DNA of 64,000 nucleotides from Trypanosoma brucei (lineage: Eukaryota): the NCBI GenBank assembly GCA_000002445.1, contig CH464491.1:3168001-3232000 (forward strand), written 5' to 3'. The translations under genes and the position numbers were made by a program. Positions 32,018-43,681 of the stretch are shown here, piece after piece. The first letter of the stretch is position 1, and the number at the start of each line of letters is the position of its first letter. The notes under the pieces are model-generated. The model did not search any database. It worked only from the letters and a program-made list of their open reading frames with translations, and was not told the DNA's origin.

Positions 32018-32080
32018 TTGCTGTTTCTTTATTATTTTTTTTTTGCTGTTGTTGTTTTCTTTTTCATTATTGTTTAACAA
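32018..32080 (+). promoter_or_regulatory. Polypyrimidine tract upstream of the Vtc4 gene
   Basis: ctgtttctttattattttttttttgctgttgttgttttctttttcattattgtttaacaaag, about 70 nt upstream of ATG 32149. Confidence 0.4.
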
Positions 32081-32148
32081 AGAAGTACGATAAGAGGAAC
32101 ATTAAGTGTTGAGAGGCAAGGAGAAGCAAACAAACAGAGTTATAACGT

Positions 32149-34530
32149 ATGCCCTTCAGCAAAGCATGGCGGAGTGCCGTTTATCCTGATTTTAGGGAGC
32201 AGGGCGCGTATATTAACTACAAGGCAACGAAAGATACTTTGCATCGCATGAAGGAAGATATCGCGAACCCTGCAACGCCAGATGAATTGTACAATTCGCT
32301 GCTCATGCAAAAGGCAACTGTGTATAAGTGGTGTGAAAACAAGGTGAAGGAATTGCAAATGATGGCAGAAGCCCTCATGAAGGCATCGGATTACCTCTCA
32401 GAAGAAGAGACACCTACTAATATGAGTATGGTATTCAGTATGGTGGGGAGTAGTGAAGCGAAGTATCTTCCACCCAGTGATGCGAGGCGCGTGGCAGATG
32501 CAATCACGTATGAACTACTGCGTTTTGTTGAATGCCGTAATCTGAACACAGACACAATTGAGCACATTATTGCGCGTATGTATCGCTACGCCGTGCTCGG
32601 ACCCACCGGCGATCGGTGGAAGAATATTAACAAGGAATATGACTATCATGCGCTCTCCATTGACGAGATATTTTTTATGCTCTCAAAGGTGTACGAGCAC
32701 GTAAATGAGGTAGAGAGCATGCGGCGTGACGGTCGGTCAAGCATACCTTGTGGTACCGTTGGTTCTCAGGTGTTTGATCGTCGCTCTGTGAAGTACTGGG
32801 TTCACATGCAGGACCTACCATTTGTCATTGCCCGGATTATTCCGCATCTTCCTCTCAGTACCTTTCAAGACACCTACGCTATGAGTAAGGAGCGTGGTGT
32901 CCCGTTTACTTTGGGCTCCCCAATTAGCAGCGTGTATTATGACAATGACAAGTTCCTTCTTTATCATCGCCGTCTTGAACGACTTGACGGCGCTACACTC
33001 ATACGCATGCGATGGTACGGCCGTCCTCTCGATAGTGATTGGAACAAGTTGGAGTCAAAGGACAGCGTTTTCATGGAGATAAAAGTGCACCACGAGGCAT
33101 GGAGTGGGGAGCGCAGCAACAAACGACGTTTTGCCTTAAAGGAGAAGGACGTGGATGCATATATTCGCGGTGATTTAAGCTTAAAGCCAGCACTAGAGAA
33201 GCTGCGCTCGAAGAACGCATCCGAGGCAGAACAAGAGAAGTTTATGTCGCTTGCTACGGAGATCCTCACGAAGATACACGCTTATGACCTCAAACCAGTG
33301 CTGCGGACGCAGTGCCAGCGTGCAGCCTTTCAGTGTGGACTCGACCAGTCTATTCGCATTAGTATTGACACGGATCTGAGGGTCGTCGCAGAGGATTTCG
33401 GTCTGAGTCACCATTGGCGTTACAATGGTGCGGATGCCCCTCTTTCACACTTCCCCTATGCTGTTGTGGAAGTGAAGCTTCAATGTGCAGAAAACGAGCG
33501 TATCGCCCCGTGGATTGAAGAACTGATGAACTGTCGCTACATGGAGAGTGTGCCCAAGTTTAGCAAGTACGCACACGGCATTGCTACGCTTTATGGTCAC
33601 ACGCCATTTATCAAGATGGTTCCCTACTGGATGCCCCAGCTTGATATTGACATTCGCGCTTCCACAAAACCTGAATACAACCAGTGGGATCCTACCATTG
33701 GAATCGCATCTGGTTGCTGGGAGCGCACTACAGATCGGGTTATATTTGGAACAGGTCACGCCCAAACCCAGACAGTTGGTGCTTCGGAGGCACGGTTCCT
33801 TCCGCGTACCGATTGTTTGCGCACATATCAAAGGGTGCTGAAAGCCATCAAGCGTGGTGCGCATATGAACAGCGTCGCACCAACGATGTCACCCACTGAT
33901 AGGCCGCCTTCAGACGAAAAGAAACTGACAGAGCAGCAAGAGCTTGCACCTGTTGTGCAATATGATACAGACAGGCGGCACAAGGCCTATACGGCATTCC
34001 ACCTGTATCCTTACTGTGAAGACGGTGTAGAGTCGCTATGCTTTACGTCGACAGGTGGAAAACACGTTGCGGCGGAAGTGTTTTCTGGGCTTATTCCGTG
34101 GCAGACAGGTAAGCGCATCCGTGTTCCCCAAAAATATGATCCAAAAACCTTATTAACATCTGAGCGCTTCATGGTAAAGTGGGCCGAACAGGCGACGCGC
34201 GTAGGAGTTGTTGGTCTTGCTGTCATCCGTTTCGGAAATAGTATGAGTCTGCCGAATGACATGGTTGCGGTGCACTCATTCTGGCGTGCAAACTTTCACA
34301 TCGTGTTGGGTTCTTTGATGGTTGTGGTCGCGGAGTGCGTTTTGGTGTACGCGTACGTTACATTTAAGAGTCGATCACGTCGAGTCTACGCGCGAAGGAA
34401 GATCCGTTACGACGATCGGCGTGGCCCTGTAGCGTTAACATTTGTGATATTAGCCGTTATTCTTATAACTGTTATGATGCACGTTATGGTCCGGTACGGG
34501 CCTATGCTCACCGGAAGCGACACCTTCTGA
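32149..34530 (+). CDS. VTC4: Vacuolar transporter chaperone 4 (Vtc4)-type polyphosphate polymerase: N-terminal SPX domain, central VTC catalytic tunnel domain, and C-terminal three-TM DUF202-like region
   Basis: SPX-like N-terminus (MPFSKAWRSAVYPDFREQGAYINYKATKDTLHRMKE). VTC core with conserved basic tunnel residues (RIxxxxYDNDxxxLYxxRL...LIRMRWYG...FMEIKVH...KRRFALKEKDV...YIRGDL). C-terminal hydrophobic helices (HIVLGSLMVVVAECVLVYAYV; VALTFVILAVILITVMMHVMV). Established family: acidocalcisome/vacuolar polyP synthase. Confidence 0.85.
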   Translation: MPFSKAWRSAVYPDFREQGAYINYKATKDTLHRMKEDIANPATPDELYNSLLMQKATVYKWCENKVKELQMMAEALMKASDYLSEEETPTNMSMVFSMVGSSEAKYLPPSDARRVADAITYELLRFVECRNLNTDTIEHIIARMYRYAVLGPTGDRWKNINKEYDYHALSIDEIFFMLSKVYEHVNEVESMRRDGRSSIPCGTVGSQVFDRRSVKYWVHMQDLPFVIARIIPHLPLSTFQDTYAMSKERGVPFTLGSPISSVYYDNDKFLLYHRRLERLDGATLIRMRWYGRPLDSDWNKLESKDSVFMEIKVHHEAWSGERSNKRRFALKEKDVDAYIRGDLSLKPALEKLRSKNASEAEQEKFMSLATEILTKIHAYDLKPVLRTQCQRAAFQCGLDQSIRISIDTDLRVVAEDFGLSHHWRYNGADAPLSHFPYAVVEVKLQCAENERIAPWIEELMNCRYMESVPKFSKYAHGIATLYGHTPFIKMVPYWMPQLDIDIRASTKPEYNQWDPTIGIASGCWERTTDRVIFGTGHAQTQTVGASEARFLPRTDCLRTYQRVLKAIKRGAHMNSVAPTMSPTDRPPSDEKKLTEQQELAPVVQYDTDRRHKAYTAFHLYPYCEDGVESLCFTSTGGKHVAAEVFSGLIPWQTGKRIRVPQKYDPKTLLTSERFMVKWAEQATRVGVVGLAVIRFGNSMSLPNDMVAVHSFWRANFHIVLGSLMVVVAECVLVYAYVTFKSRSRRVYARRKIRYDDRRGPVALTFVILAVILITVMMHVMVRYGPMLTGSDTF

Positions 34531-35360
34531 GACTGAGGGAGGGGCAGGAAATATGTTGGCTTTCACGGAAAAGAACGTGTACATGTTGGTTGATTGTCAG
34601 TAATGTGCTGATGTTCTGCTATGTTTAACGTCCAGTCATATCGCTTCATCGTTCTGTTTAAAATTTCTCCACATTTCTTCACTAGAGGGAAGAGTGAACG
34701 GAACTGGGGTATTCGTTGACACTACTACTTTGGTTGTCGGTAGCCGCAATACCACCGTTTGCTTGTGCATGTACACCTAGGGTGTGGTGGAGGGGTGCTT
34801 TTGGGGAGATTGCAAATCTTCTGCTGACGGTTTTCTCCAAAATAAAAAAAATGATACACGGGCTGTTCTGATCACGTGAAGGGAAAGGAATGAGGAAAGG
34901 GGATGCATGCTTAGTCAACCCCACCCATTGCGTTTCATTGCAAGGGGGGTGTCTATCCTCTTGAACTACTTTTCGTTGCCGCGTTCAACCAGGTGTGATG
35001 CAATTCACTACTTACTTTACACGTGCCAACTTTAGGATACTGTGCCCTTCTAACGTGTTTTTTTTGTATCTTCTCCCTTTCCTTTATTACTCAATGGACA
35101 TCGATAACAGTAGAATTACGTACTAATATATAGGAGGGAGGAAGAGGTGCCAACATCGTAGGGTGACCATAGTTTATTTTTCTCAACGGTTCTCTCTTTG
35201 CCAAGTATACGATCCCGGAGGGAAAGGGAGGGAAGGGGATTGCGAACAATTGAATATACGTAGAGACAGATTGTATCAGCGTGTTATCTCAAACTCCATC
35301 AGTATACGGAGGACTGAAAGAGTGTACTAAGTTTGTTAACAACACTCAGTTAAGACTACG

Positions 35361-36851
35361 ATGATTCGTTTCAGTTGGGTTCGCTTGTGTTCGAGCGCTA
35401 TGGCAGCGGCAGCCGCGTCACCGGACGTTCAGGCGATAACGAGGGCTCAGGCCATGCAGCTCGATGACCTTTCCCCACGGAAGATCGCTTCGATATTAGA
35501 TTCTTACATTGTAGGACAGGCAGAAGGGAAGCGAGCGGTGGCCATTTCACTTCGGAACCGCTGGCGCCGCCGTCAGATTGAGGACGAGGGATTGCGCCGT
35601 GATATTCTTCCGAAAAATATCCTGCTCGTTGGTCCTACCGGGGTTGGGAAGACAGAAATATCGCGTCGAATGGCGAAACTCACTGAGGCACCGTTTGTTA
35701 AAGTTGAGGCAACAAAGTACACCGAGGTTGGTTTTAAGGGGAAAGATGTGGAGAGCATCATTGAAGACTTATACAGTAACGCCAAAACAAAGGCTAAGCG
35801 CCGACTGGAAATCGAACGCGAGAAGGAGGCCCACGAACTGGCACTTGAGATAGTTTTCAATGGTTGGCATTCTTGTCGTTCAGCATCAGGCTCATTTGGT
35901 TCCTCAACCCGCAACAGTGGCAGCGGCGATAGCAGCGCAGAGGAAGATAAGAATTCGTCGTCAAGGGATAATGTTACGTTTGAGGAGTTTAAGGAGAAGT
36001 ACAAGACTCAGTTTAAAGATGACATGGTTGTGATAGACGTCACACAACAACCAAAAGGGAATACAAAGCCAAATGCCAGTATTAACAGCGTCGAGATGTT
36101 GTCAGTTGGGATCCTCCTTGGCTTAGGCTCTGAATCACGTGGGGTGAAGACGCGTGTGACGAAGCGTGTGGAGGAGGCGTTGCCGCTCGCGACGCAAGAG
36201 GCGCTAAGTCGTCTTGTGGACGAAACTCAAATCAGTGCACTTGCCCGCACACTGGCTGAACAGGATGGTGTGGTGTTCATTGATGAAATTGACAAGGTTG
36301 TGACGGAGCCGGCGAGCGCCAACGCTGACGTGAGCTCCACGGGAGTACAGCAGGATCTACTTCCGCTTATCGAAGGGTCTAATGTCACCTTAAAGGACGG
36401 ATCGCAGATAAGCACGGACAACATTCTTTTTATTTGTTCTGGTGCCTTTCACACTGTGAAAACCTCTGATATGATAGCGGAGTTGCAGGGCCGGCTGCCG
36501 GTCCGCGTGGAGATGCACGCGCTGAAGGAGGAGGATATCCGACGCATTCTCTGTGAACCTAAGTTTAACCTCTTACTTCAGCAAAAAGCGCTGATGAAGA
36601 CAGAAAACATAGATCTTGAGTTCACACCTGACGCTGTCGACGAGTTGGCACGGGTCACCACAAAGGTGAATGCGAACGCTCAAAACATTGGGGCGAGGCG
36701 ACTTCATACTGTTGTGGAGCGAGTAATGGATGAGTACAGTTTCAATTGCCAAGATTACGAAGGCAAAAAGGTCGTCATCGACGCTGAAGTTGTGCGGAAG
36801 GCTACAGGGTCACTGATGAATAACATTGACTTAGCAAAGTACATTCTCTGA
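35361..36851 (+). CDS. HslU2: HslU (ClpY-type) AAA+ ATPase subunit of the HslVU protease, with N-terminal mitochondrial-type presequence
   Basis: SPRKIASILDSYIVGQAEGKRAVAISLRNRWRR (HslU N-terminus). Walker A LLVGPTGVGKTEISRRMAKL. Walker B VVFIDEIDKV. I-domain insertion. C-terminal sensor region RRLHTVVERVMDEYSF. Paralog symbol rests on recollection that the kinetoplastid HslU2 sits next to VTC4 and needs confirmation. Confidence 0.85.
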   Translation: MIRFSWVRLCSSAMAAAAASPDVQAITRAQAMQLDDLSPRKIASILDSYIVGQAEGKRAVAISLRNRWRRRQIEDEGLRRDILPKNILLVGPTGVGKTEISRRMAKLTEAPFVKVEATKYTEVGFKGKDVESIIEDLYSNAKTKAKRRLEIEREKEAHELALEIVFNGWHSCRSASGSFGSSTRNSGSGDSSAEEDKNSSSRDNVTFEEFKEKYKTQFKDDMVVIDVTQQPKGNTKPNASINSVEMLSVGILLGLGSESRGVKTRVTKRVEEALPLATQEALSRLVDETQISALARTLAEQDGVVFIDEIDKVVTEPASANADVSSTGVQQDLLPLIEGSNVTLKDGSQISTDNILFICSGAFHTVKTSDMIAELQGRLPVRVEMHALKEEDIRRILCEPKFNLLLQQKALMKTENIDLEFTPDAVDELARVTTKVNANAQNIGARRLHTVVERVMDEYSFNCQDYEGKKVVIDAEVVRKATGSLMNNIDLAKYIL

Positions 36852-37325
36852 GCAAACAAAACTAACATGGGTTGCGTCTATTTTACCCGCTAACTGTGCA
36901 TCAGGCTAAACAAACGGTCCGGTGCGTCGCTCTATTGGCTGCTGTCGCGTCTAGTTGTCGTTGCATTTCCCCCCTGATTGCCGAGACACCTCACCTATAT
37001 TTTTATTTATCTAGTGTTCACTTTCGTGTGCAAATATGGGGATGCACCCTGCGAACATGCCGAATACTGCATTTGTTTTTCGCAGCGCCGAATCTGTTTT
37101 CTGTGTGTTGGAGCCCCTCCTTAATAAAACTTCTTTGCTCTTTCTTGTGTGACTCTTAAATGGCATGGAAACGTAATTTTTATTATTAGTGGTATCATCT
37201 TCCTTCAACTTCCTGTTGTTTGAACCCTTTCTTTCGTACCCGGATTTGTTCAAGTAAGCAACAGCGGCAGTGACAGAATTCAGTCGGTAAGTTTCTGCTG
37301 AAAAAGTTGTTTTGTCATTGTAGTA

Positions 37326-39722
37326 TTGCTCTACTGGCGTTGGGTGGTAATGTTGTCATCTTCGTCGCCGGTTTTGGTTTCTGAGCAGACATGCGATAAG
37401 GTCGACTATGGCATGGAACTAATGCCTGGTAAGAGATTAAATACTCCTGTGGAAACACCAGTGATTATTTGTCCACTGTACAACCTTGGAAACACATGCT
37501 ATTTTAATGCCGGTGTTCAGTTGCTTGTAAACTGCCCTCAATTTGTGTACTGCCTCCGTGACTCGCTGTTTCGCCACCCGGAGCATCACCGCTACGCTGA
37601 ACGCGTAAGCCGTTCGTGCGGTAAGGCAGCACTGGAGTTATTTGAGGCCTTTACTCAATTGGTCAATGATATGGAGTTCACTCAACTTGAACCTGACTGC
37701 GCAATCTCGCCACTGAGGGCGTTGGAATGCCTTTCCGCTGTTCATCCGTTGTTTGAGGGCCGCGAACAGCAGGACTGTCCTGAAATGGTGAACGCGGTGA
37801 TTGCTAACGTGGCGGAGGTGGGGCGGCAAGAAATCGAATTGGACAACTTGCTGAAGTCCTTTGAAGGGGATTATCTGTGCTTGGAAAAGGCAATGGGGTG
37901 TCGGCGAGGTGACACATCGTTTGTGCCCATGCGGTGCACGAGGCAACGGATGGAGTTCGATGAGATAAGTTTGCAGTCTGGTTCTTTATATGGAAGTGAC
38001 CAAATGAATCGAAATGGGGCAGCATCTGCCAACCATGAACAGAATGAAAATGGTTCTGAGAACAACCATTTTACAACCTCTGCTCAAACGCACAACGCAC
38101 CCCAGTTTCCAGTGTTTCCGGGAAGTTGGTGGAACTTCAATACAATGAGAATCAACCAATTTGTAAACCGTGAGAATAGGTTGCTTCAGCTTCAGGAAGA
38201 CTCCAAGAATGGAAAGCTTCCCCAAAGCACGTTTCGACCACCCAAAATATTTTACAACAGTGTGACTGATGGTTTTACCGGTCAAATACTCTCCGAAATA
38301 CGGTGCCACACTTGCCAAAGAAGCTCTCGTATTGTGGAGAGTTTTTCTTCGCTGACAATTGGAATCCCATCCCCCCGGCAGAGGCTCCAATATGCTAAAA
38401 AGCATCCGGAGGTTCAGCGCGTCAAACAGGATGGGACACCTCAGAACCTCGCACGGTCGCTTTATTGGCGTAGTGTTTTCTCGTGGTTCTATGCTGCGAC
38501 ACGGTGGATTGTTGGTCTGTTTACGGGCTTTTCGAGACGAGGAAATTGCCCTGTGACGTTGCAGGAGTGCCTCGACATCCATTTTGAGCCGGTGGAACTG
38601 AAGGGTAGCAACATGTATCATTGCAGCACATGCAATGCCAAACGGGAGGCAACTAAGCAGGAGACTCTCCTCACAATGCCCGAGTACCTACTGTTACATA
38701 TGAAACGCTTCGAACAGGGGAAGTGTTTCAATACCAAGAAAACAGATGAAGTCATCTTCCCCATGTCGTGGGATGTAGGCGCTGCTCAAAGTACAGACGT
38801 GCTGCGGTTGCGTAACTATTTGGACTCGAATGTTTTAGCGTTTAATTACCCACTCTCAACATTCCACGGAACGACTAGTGCAGGTGATAGCACACCTATG
38901 GAAAACTCAACGTCTGTCACAACCCCCCTAACAGCTACTAACGACCACCAGAAGTTTGCCGCAGCCAGTTCGTCTCCTTTGCAAAGTATGCAAACAAGGG
39001 AAAACCCGGATATTGAGGCCCCAATCGATACCTACACCTTAGAAGCCGTCGTTAACCATCACGGAACTATTGCTCGTGGCCACTACACAACCTTCGCGCG
39101 TAAGAAGACTGCGTCGAAAGACGTGTGGGTTTACCTGAACGATGAAGAGTTGAGCACCACTACTGCTGACTCCGTGGCGAATTCGGAGGAGTACCTACTT
39201 CTATATAAGAAGCAATCTCTCTTCCCTCGCTCCGAGGCGTTCGAGAAACTTCGCACGAAGGCACGAGAGCTGTTGGCGAAACCACTGTCATCGCGTATGG
39301 GCTTGGATGCCGCTGGCGTAGACAAGAGTAGCAGGAATCCGAATAGCAACACCAACCTTTCCATATCTGGGGGCGGAGACGGTTGTCATGATGTGGTTTA
39401 CATTTCCCGACCGTGGCTGCAGCGTATGACTTTTATGGAGGAGCCGGGTCCTATCCTCAACCGCCTTTCCTATCGCGCCGCCACGCAAGAAACAGGGGAG
39501 TCCTCGTCGGCACATGGTACGCAAAGTTCACCAAAACAAAATCTGGGGGAGCCAACTTCTGCAAAGGGGCCACCTTACGAGAAAAGCCTCCCCGTCGAGT
39601 GGTTCTATGTATCCCTTCTGCAACAGGAATATGACGCATTTTACGACATGTATGGTGGAAACCAGGCGGTGACTCAGAGTGAATACAATTTAATGATGAG
39701 TGAACAAGACGCACTCGTATGA
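37326..39722 (+). CDS. Ubiquitin carboxyl-terminal hydrolase (USP, peptidase C19 family). An alternative start is at 37350.
   Basis: Cys box GNTCYFNAGVQLL. His box HHGTIARGHYTTFARKK...VWVYLNDEEL. Zinc-ribbon cysteines CHTCQ...CSTCN within the catalytic core. Long C-terminal extension. Confidence 0.8.
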   Translation: MLYWRWVVMLSSSSPVLVSEQTCDKVDYGMELMPGKRLNTPVETPVIICPLYNLGNTCYFNAGVQLLVNCPQFVYCLRDSLFRHPEHHRYAERVSRSCGKAALELFEAFTQLVNDMEFTQLEPDCAISPLRALECLSAVHPLFEGREQQDCPEMVNAVIANVAEVGRQEIELDNLLKSFEGDYLCLEKAMGCRRGDTSFVPMRCTRQRMEFDEISLQSGSLYGSDQMNRNGAASANHEQNENGSENNHFTTSAQTHNAPQFPVFPGSWWNFNTMRINQFVNRENRLLQLQEDSKNGKLPQSTFRPPKIFYNSVTDGFTGQILSEIRCHTCQRSSRIVESFSSLTIGIPSPRQRLQYAKKHPEVQRVKQDGTPQNLARSLYWRSVFSWFYAATRWIVGLFTGFSRRGNCPVTLQECLDIHFEPVELKGSNMYHCSTCNAKREATKQETLLTMPEYLLLHMKRFEQGKCFNTKKTDEVIFPMSWDVGAAQSTDVLRLRNYLDSNVLAFNYPLSTFHGTTSAGDSTPMENSTSVTTPLTATNDHQKFAAASSSPLQSMQTRENPDIEAPIDTYTLEAVVNHHGTIARGHYTTFARKKTASKDVWVYLNDEELSTTTADSVANSEEYLLLYKKQSLFPRSEAFEKLRTKARELLAKPLSSRMGLDAAGVDKSSRNPNSNTNLSISGGGDGCHDVVYISRPWLQRMTFMEEPGPILNRLSYRAATQETGESSSAHGTQSSPKQNLGEPTSAKGPPYEKSLPVEWFYVSLLQQEYDAFYDMYGGNQAVTQSEYNLMMSEQDALV

Positions 39723-40970
39723 CTCAATCTTGGGTGTGATGGAGGCCTCAAAGAGAATGGACAACGGGTTCGTTACTGAACCCACCGAGGATATTATTGC
39801 CACTATTTATATGGAAGTGAGGAGTGTGCAGGCACAATCGGTACGTAGGAAACTGAACCCGATGGCATCTGTATATGGATGGAGAGGAACTAGGAGAAAG
39901 CGAAAAGAGCTAGTGGGGTTTCCTCTCCTCTAGAATAAGAGTTGGGTGGTGATGACTACTTACCTCCCTGATTGTTGTCTTCATTTGTTCCACCCGGTCT
40001 CACCACGTTGCCAGCGCGGCGACCCCACCTCGTCCCGCCTCCCTCTCCTTCTCTTTTCATAGGATCGTTACTCACGGTAGCGGAGGCGAAGTGTACACGA
40101 CTTGCTCCGCGCGTTTATATCCTTCTTTTTTTCTCTGTATTTGTATAACTGTCTGAACAATGGGAAGGAGAGGAGGGTGTCACTATCTGTTTGCTGGTGT
40201 AGGGGTGAGGAGAGCTGGCGAACTGCAGATGATGGTGGGCGAGCGGTAACCGATACGGGGGGGGGGGCACTGTTTAAGTGCCACTGCGTGATATTGCTCA
40301 GCGAAAAAAAAGTATAGAGATCAAAAAGGGGCTAAGATATAATCATGTGGAGGGGGGCTGGAGAGAAGCAGCAAAGGGAGGGAGTAGAATATAAGAAAAT
40401 GGAACCGTGCTTTTGCAAAGAGGCAATTAGTATCTGTTCGTGGTCATATCAATCCAGCCGACGTCAGACGGTAACGATTGTTGCTCATTTCCTTCACTCT
40501 TTGTCTAATCAATTCACATGCGAGTGGGCAAAATGCACCGGACGCAGGTTTATCAGTGGTTACACTTCGTCACTGACTCTACCGCCTCGGCATTCAATCA
40601 CTTCATTTTTCTCAATGGCATGGTCCGGTGCGTCCGAATTGTGGAAAAGGGGAAAACGATCCAGTGGCTGTGCAGAGGATGTTATTGCAAGGCAAGTGTT
40701 TCCTTCTTACCAAGAAAAGGATTAAAATAAGACAAGGAGCCCTTAACGGGCGCTGTGGTGGATACTTGGTTCTTGTTGTTGTTTTGCGTTTCTTTTTACC
40801 TGTATGGTGTTGCTTCACATCAATTTATTTTGCTTTTCTTCACATTTTTTTTTCCTTCCTATTGTTATCAATAAGACTGGGGAACGGTGAGTTGTTTTGA
40901 GGAGGGGGTAGGTCACTGACAGAGACACTCTAACCACGGTTCTGTTACTGGAGAGCGCAGGTGGGGGATC

Positions 40971-43481
40971 ATGAACAGGCATGCATTTGTGGAAATGACG
41001 CCATTGCGGCCCGAACCCACGGACGGGAGTCCAACTCGCGGGTCGCAGCCGGCGGCAGTCGGGCAGCCACAATTCTTTTCGAGGCGTGATGATATGTCGT
41101 ATATTTGGGGAACGGGGATAGCAGTGGAGGTATTTCGAGCAGAGTTTCAGCGTTTCCTTGAAACTTTTGAAATGCCACAGGATGTAGGCGCTGCTCCGGG
41201 TGCTGATGCCGGGGCGCACCGCGGTGGAACCAGGAATTTTTTTCTTCAGGAGCTCCTCCGCCTTAGATTGCAGAGGCGGAGTTTGTTTGAAATGGATCTT
41301 CAGCTATTTTGCCGTGCAGCCCCACGACTTTACCAACAGCTCATAGCACATCCCGTTGAGTGTCTCCAAATGATGGAGAGCGTTGCTGAGGAGGTTAGCG
41401 GGCGCCTCGTGGCCGCTGCAGGAACGCATCCCTCAATGCCCGGTGAAGATGAGTTTATACTTCGCATCGCCCCCAGGAACCATCCCGAAATTACGACTCT
41501 CCGTGGTTTGTCCACGCGGCAACTGGAGCAGCTAGTGTCCCTTCAGGGCATGGTGGTGCGTGTATCGAAGATTATTCCAGAAATACGCGTGGCACTCTTC
41601 CAGTGCTGGAGCTGTAATCACACTCGGCATAGTGTGGTGGATCGCGGTCGAATCTTCGAACCCACGCGCTGCGACAGTTGCGGCAAACAATATTCCTATA
41701 GAATCAATCATAACCTCTCAGTATTTGAAGATAAACAGTTAGTACGGCTTCAGGAGGCGCCTGAGCACCTCGCGGATGGTGATACACCGGTCACAATGTC
41801 CGTTGTAGTGTACGGTGATTTCGTTGACTCCATTGTTCCTGGTGACCGTGTTGTGGTGACGGGTATATATCGTGCATGGCCCGTTCGTCTCAACTCGAAC
41901 ACACGAATTATCCGGAGCATCTTTTCTACACACGTCGACGCCGTGCACATTGAACACCGCAGAGCTGGGCGGAATGCCTGGGCTGACCAGCAGAGACAAT
42001 CGGCGGGAGAGGACGAAGGGTTGCCTGAAGATCCTGCAGTGGTGGCACGGCACAACATGTTTCGGCATATTGCGGCTCGGCCAGATATTTATGATGTCAT
42101 ATTGAATAGCTTTGCCCGCACAATCTGGGGCAACGAAGATGTGAAGCGTGGCATCCTCCTGCAACTATTCGGTGGGACACGCAAAGAGCTCAAATGCGGT
42201 AGCTTCCGTTCTGAGATAAACATTATTCTGTGCGGAGACCCGGGCGTTGCGAAGTCCCAGTTGCTAACCCAGGTACATGAAATTGCTCCACGCGGAGTAT
42301 ACACCTCGGGCAAGGGTAGCAGTAGCGCCGGTCTCACTGCCTTCGTAGTTCAGAATAATGAGACGGGGGAGTTGGTGCTTGAGCCTGGTGCTCTTGTGTT
42401 GTCCGACCGCGGTCTGTGTTGTATTGATGAATTTGACAAGATGAACGAGGCTACGCGCTCCGTGTTGCACGAGGTGATGGAGCAGCAGACACTTTCGATA
42501 GCGAAAGCAGGGATTATTGCCCAACTAAACGCCCGCACATCTGTCCTAGCCGCAGCCAATCCTAAGGAGTCGCAGTGGAACGTGAACTTGAACGTAGTGG
42601 AGAATCTCCAAATCGAACCGACATTGCTCTCTCGCTTTGACCTTATTTTCCTTCTAATGGACCGGCACGATCCAGCGGAAGACCGGCGGTTGGCCTCACA
42701 TGTTCTGTCTCTCTTTATGGAGACCGACGAAAGTCGTGCATCAGGGAATGCCGCTGTGCCCACAGATGATGATGACGATGACGTGGATAACGCCAACGGT
42801 GGAGGTACGTCTGCGTCGAGGGGTCACTTAGCCACCAGTCGTGCCCCCATTTTACTTCAGCATGATGGTGAAGTGTACTTGGAGGGAACGGAGGAAAAAC
42901 CGTACATGCCTGCCCGCGTCCTTTCGCAGTACATCGCGTTCGCCCGTGAGAACATCCACCCAAGGCTGACTGGGGCATCGCACAAACAACTTGCCGCTTC
43001 ATATGTCGAAATGCGGCGTGCTCGTGGGAGTACCCGCACTGTTTCAGCAACCCTTCGCCAGCTCGAGTCCATGATTCGCCTTGCAGAAGCCCGCAGTAAA
43101 ATGCGGCTTGGCGACACGGTTAGCGTGGAGGACGTGCGTGAGGCTAAGTGGCTTATAAGTGCCGCCCTCAAGGAGGCGGCAACAGACCCAAGAACTGGGC
43201 GCATCAACCTTGACGTATTTAACGCACCAGATCCTACGCGACAGACGGTGGAAGGGAGTATGCTCCGCTTGGAGAAACTCATTGAGCAGCGGTACATCTC
43301 AGCAGGGCACACCACAGCAACCGTAAGCGAGTTGCGGCTCGCGTTGAATGAGTCCTTTGGTTCATCAATGCGTCCATTATCAATTGTTCAGTTCATGGAA
43401 CTGCTTGCCCTGATGGTCGGTGGTGATCACGTGAAATCCTTCACTGCCTCAACTGTAAGTTTCGCCGGTAGGCTTTCGTGA
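40971..43481 (+). CDS. MCM4: Minichromosome maintenance (MCM) replicative helicase subunit, MCM4-like
   Basis: N-terminal SYIWGTGIAVEVFRAEFQRFLETF matches the MCM4-specific IWGT(D/N)V...F..FL..F element. Zn finger CWSCNH...CDSCG. Walker A ILCGDPGVAKSQLL. Walker B/MCM box CCIDEFDKM. Arginine finger SRFDLIFLL. Confidence 0.8.
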   Translation: MNRHAFVEMTPLRPEPTDGSPTRGSQPAAVGQPQFFSRRDDMSYIWGTGIAVEVFRAEFQRFLETFEMPQDVGAAPGADAGAHRGGTRNFFLQELLRLRLQRRSLFEMDLQLFCRAAPRLYQQLIAHPVECLQMMESVAEEVSGRLVAAAGTHPSMPGEDEFILRIAPRNHPEITTLRGLSTRQLEQLVSLQGMVVRVSKIIPEIRVALFQCWSCNHTRHSVVDRGRIFEPTRCDSCGKQYSYRINHNLSVFEDKQLVRLQEAPEHLADGDTPVTMSVVVYGDFVDSIVPGDRVVVTGIYRAWPVRLNSNTRIIRSIFSTHVDAVHIEHRRAGRNAWADQQRQSAGEDEGLPEDPAVVARHNMFRHIAARPDIYDVILNSFARTIWGNEDVKRGILLQLFGGTRKELKCGSFRSEINIILCGDPGVAKSQLLTQVHEIAPRGVYTSGKGSSSAGLTAFVVQNNETGELVLEPGALVLSDRGLCCIDEFDKMNEATRSVLHEVMEQQTLSIAKAGIIAQLNARTSVLAAANPKESQWNVNLNVVENLQIEPTLLSRFDLIFLLMDRHDPAEDRRLASHVLSLFMETDESRASGNAAVPTDDDDDDVDNANGGGTSASRGHLATSRAPILLQHDGEVYLEGTEEKPYMPARVLSQYIAFARENIHPRLTGASHKQLAASYVEMRRARGSTRTVSATLRQLESMIRLAEARSKMRLGDTVSVEDVREAKWLISAALKEAATDPRTGRINLDVFNAPDPTRQTVEGSMLRLEKLIEQRYISAGHTTATVSELRLALNESFGSSMRPLSIVQFMELLALMVGGDHVKSFTASTVSFAGRLS

Positions 43482-43681
43482 TGGTTTGCCACCACTGCTT
43501 CCTTGTGTTTTCAGCTTTCACTCAATTGTTGTTGTTGACGGTTACCATAGACTGGTTCAGATTTCTAATAGAGTGTTTGCTTTCGTTGCCATCTTGGTTT
43601 TTTTGTACTAAATACATCATTTTTGTATTTACATACATATTTCCTTAACTGTTATTCGTACGTATAATTGTTCTCTGCTAT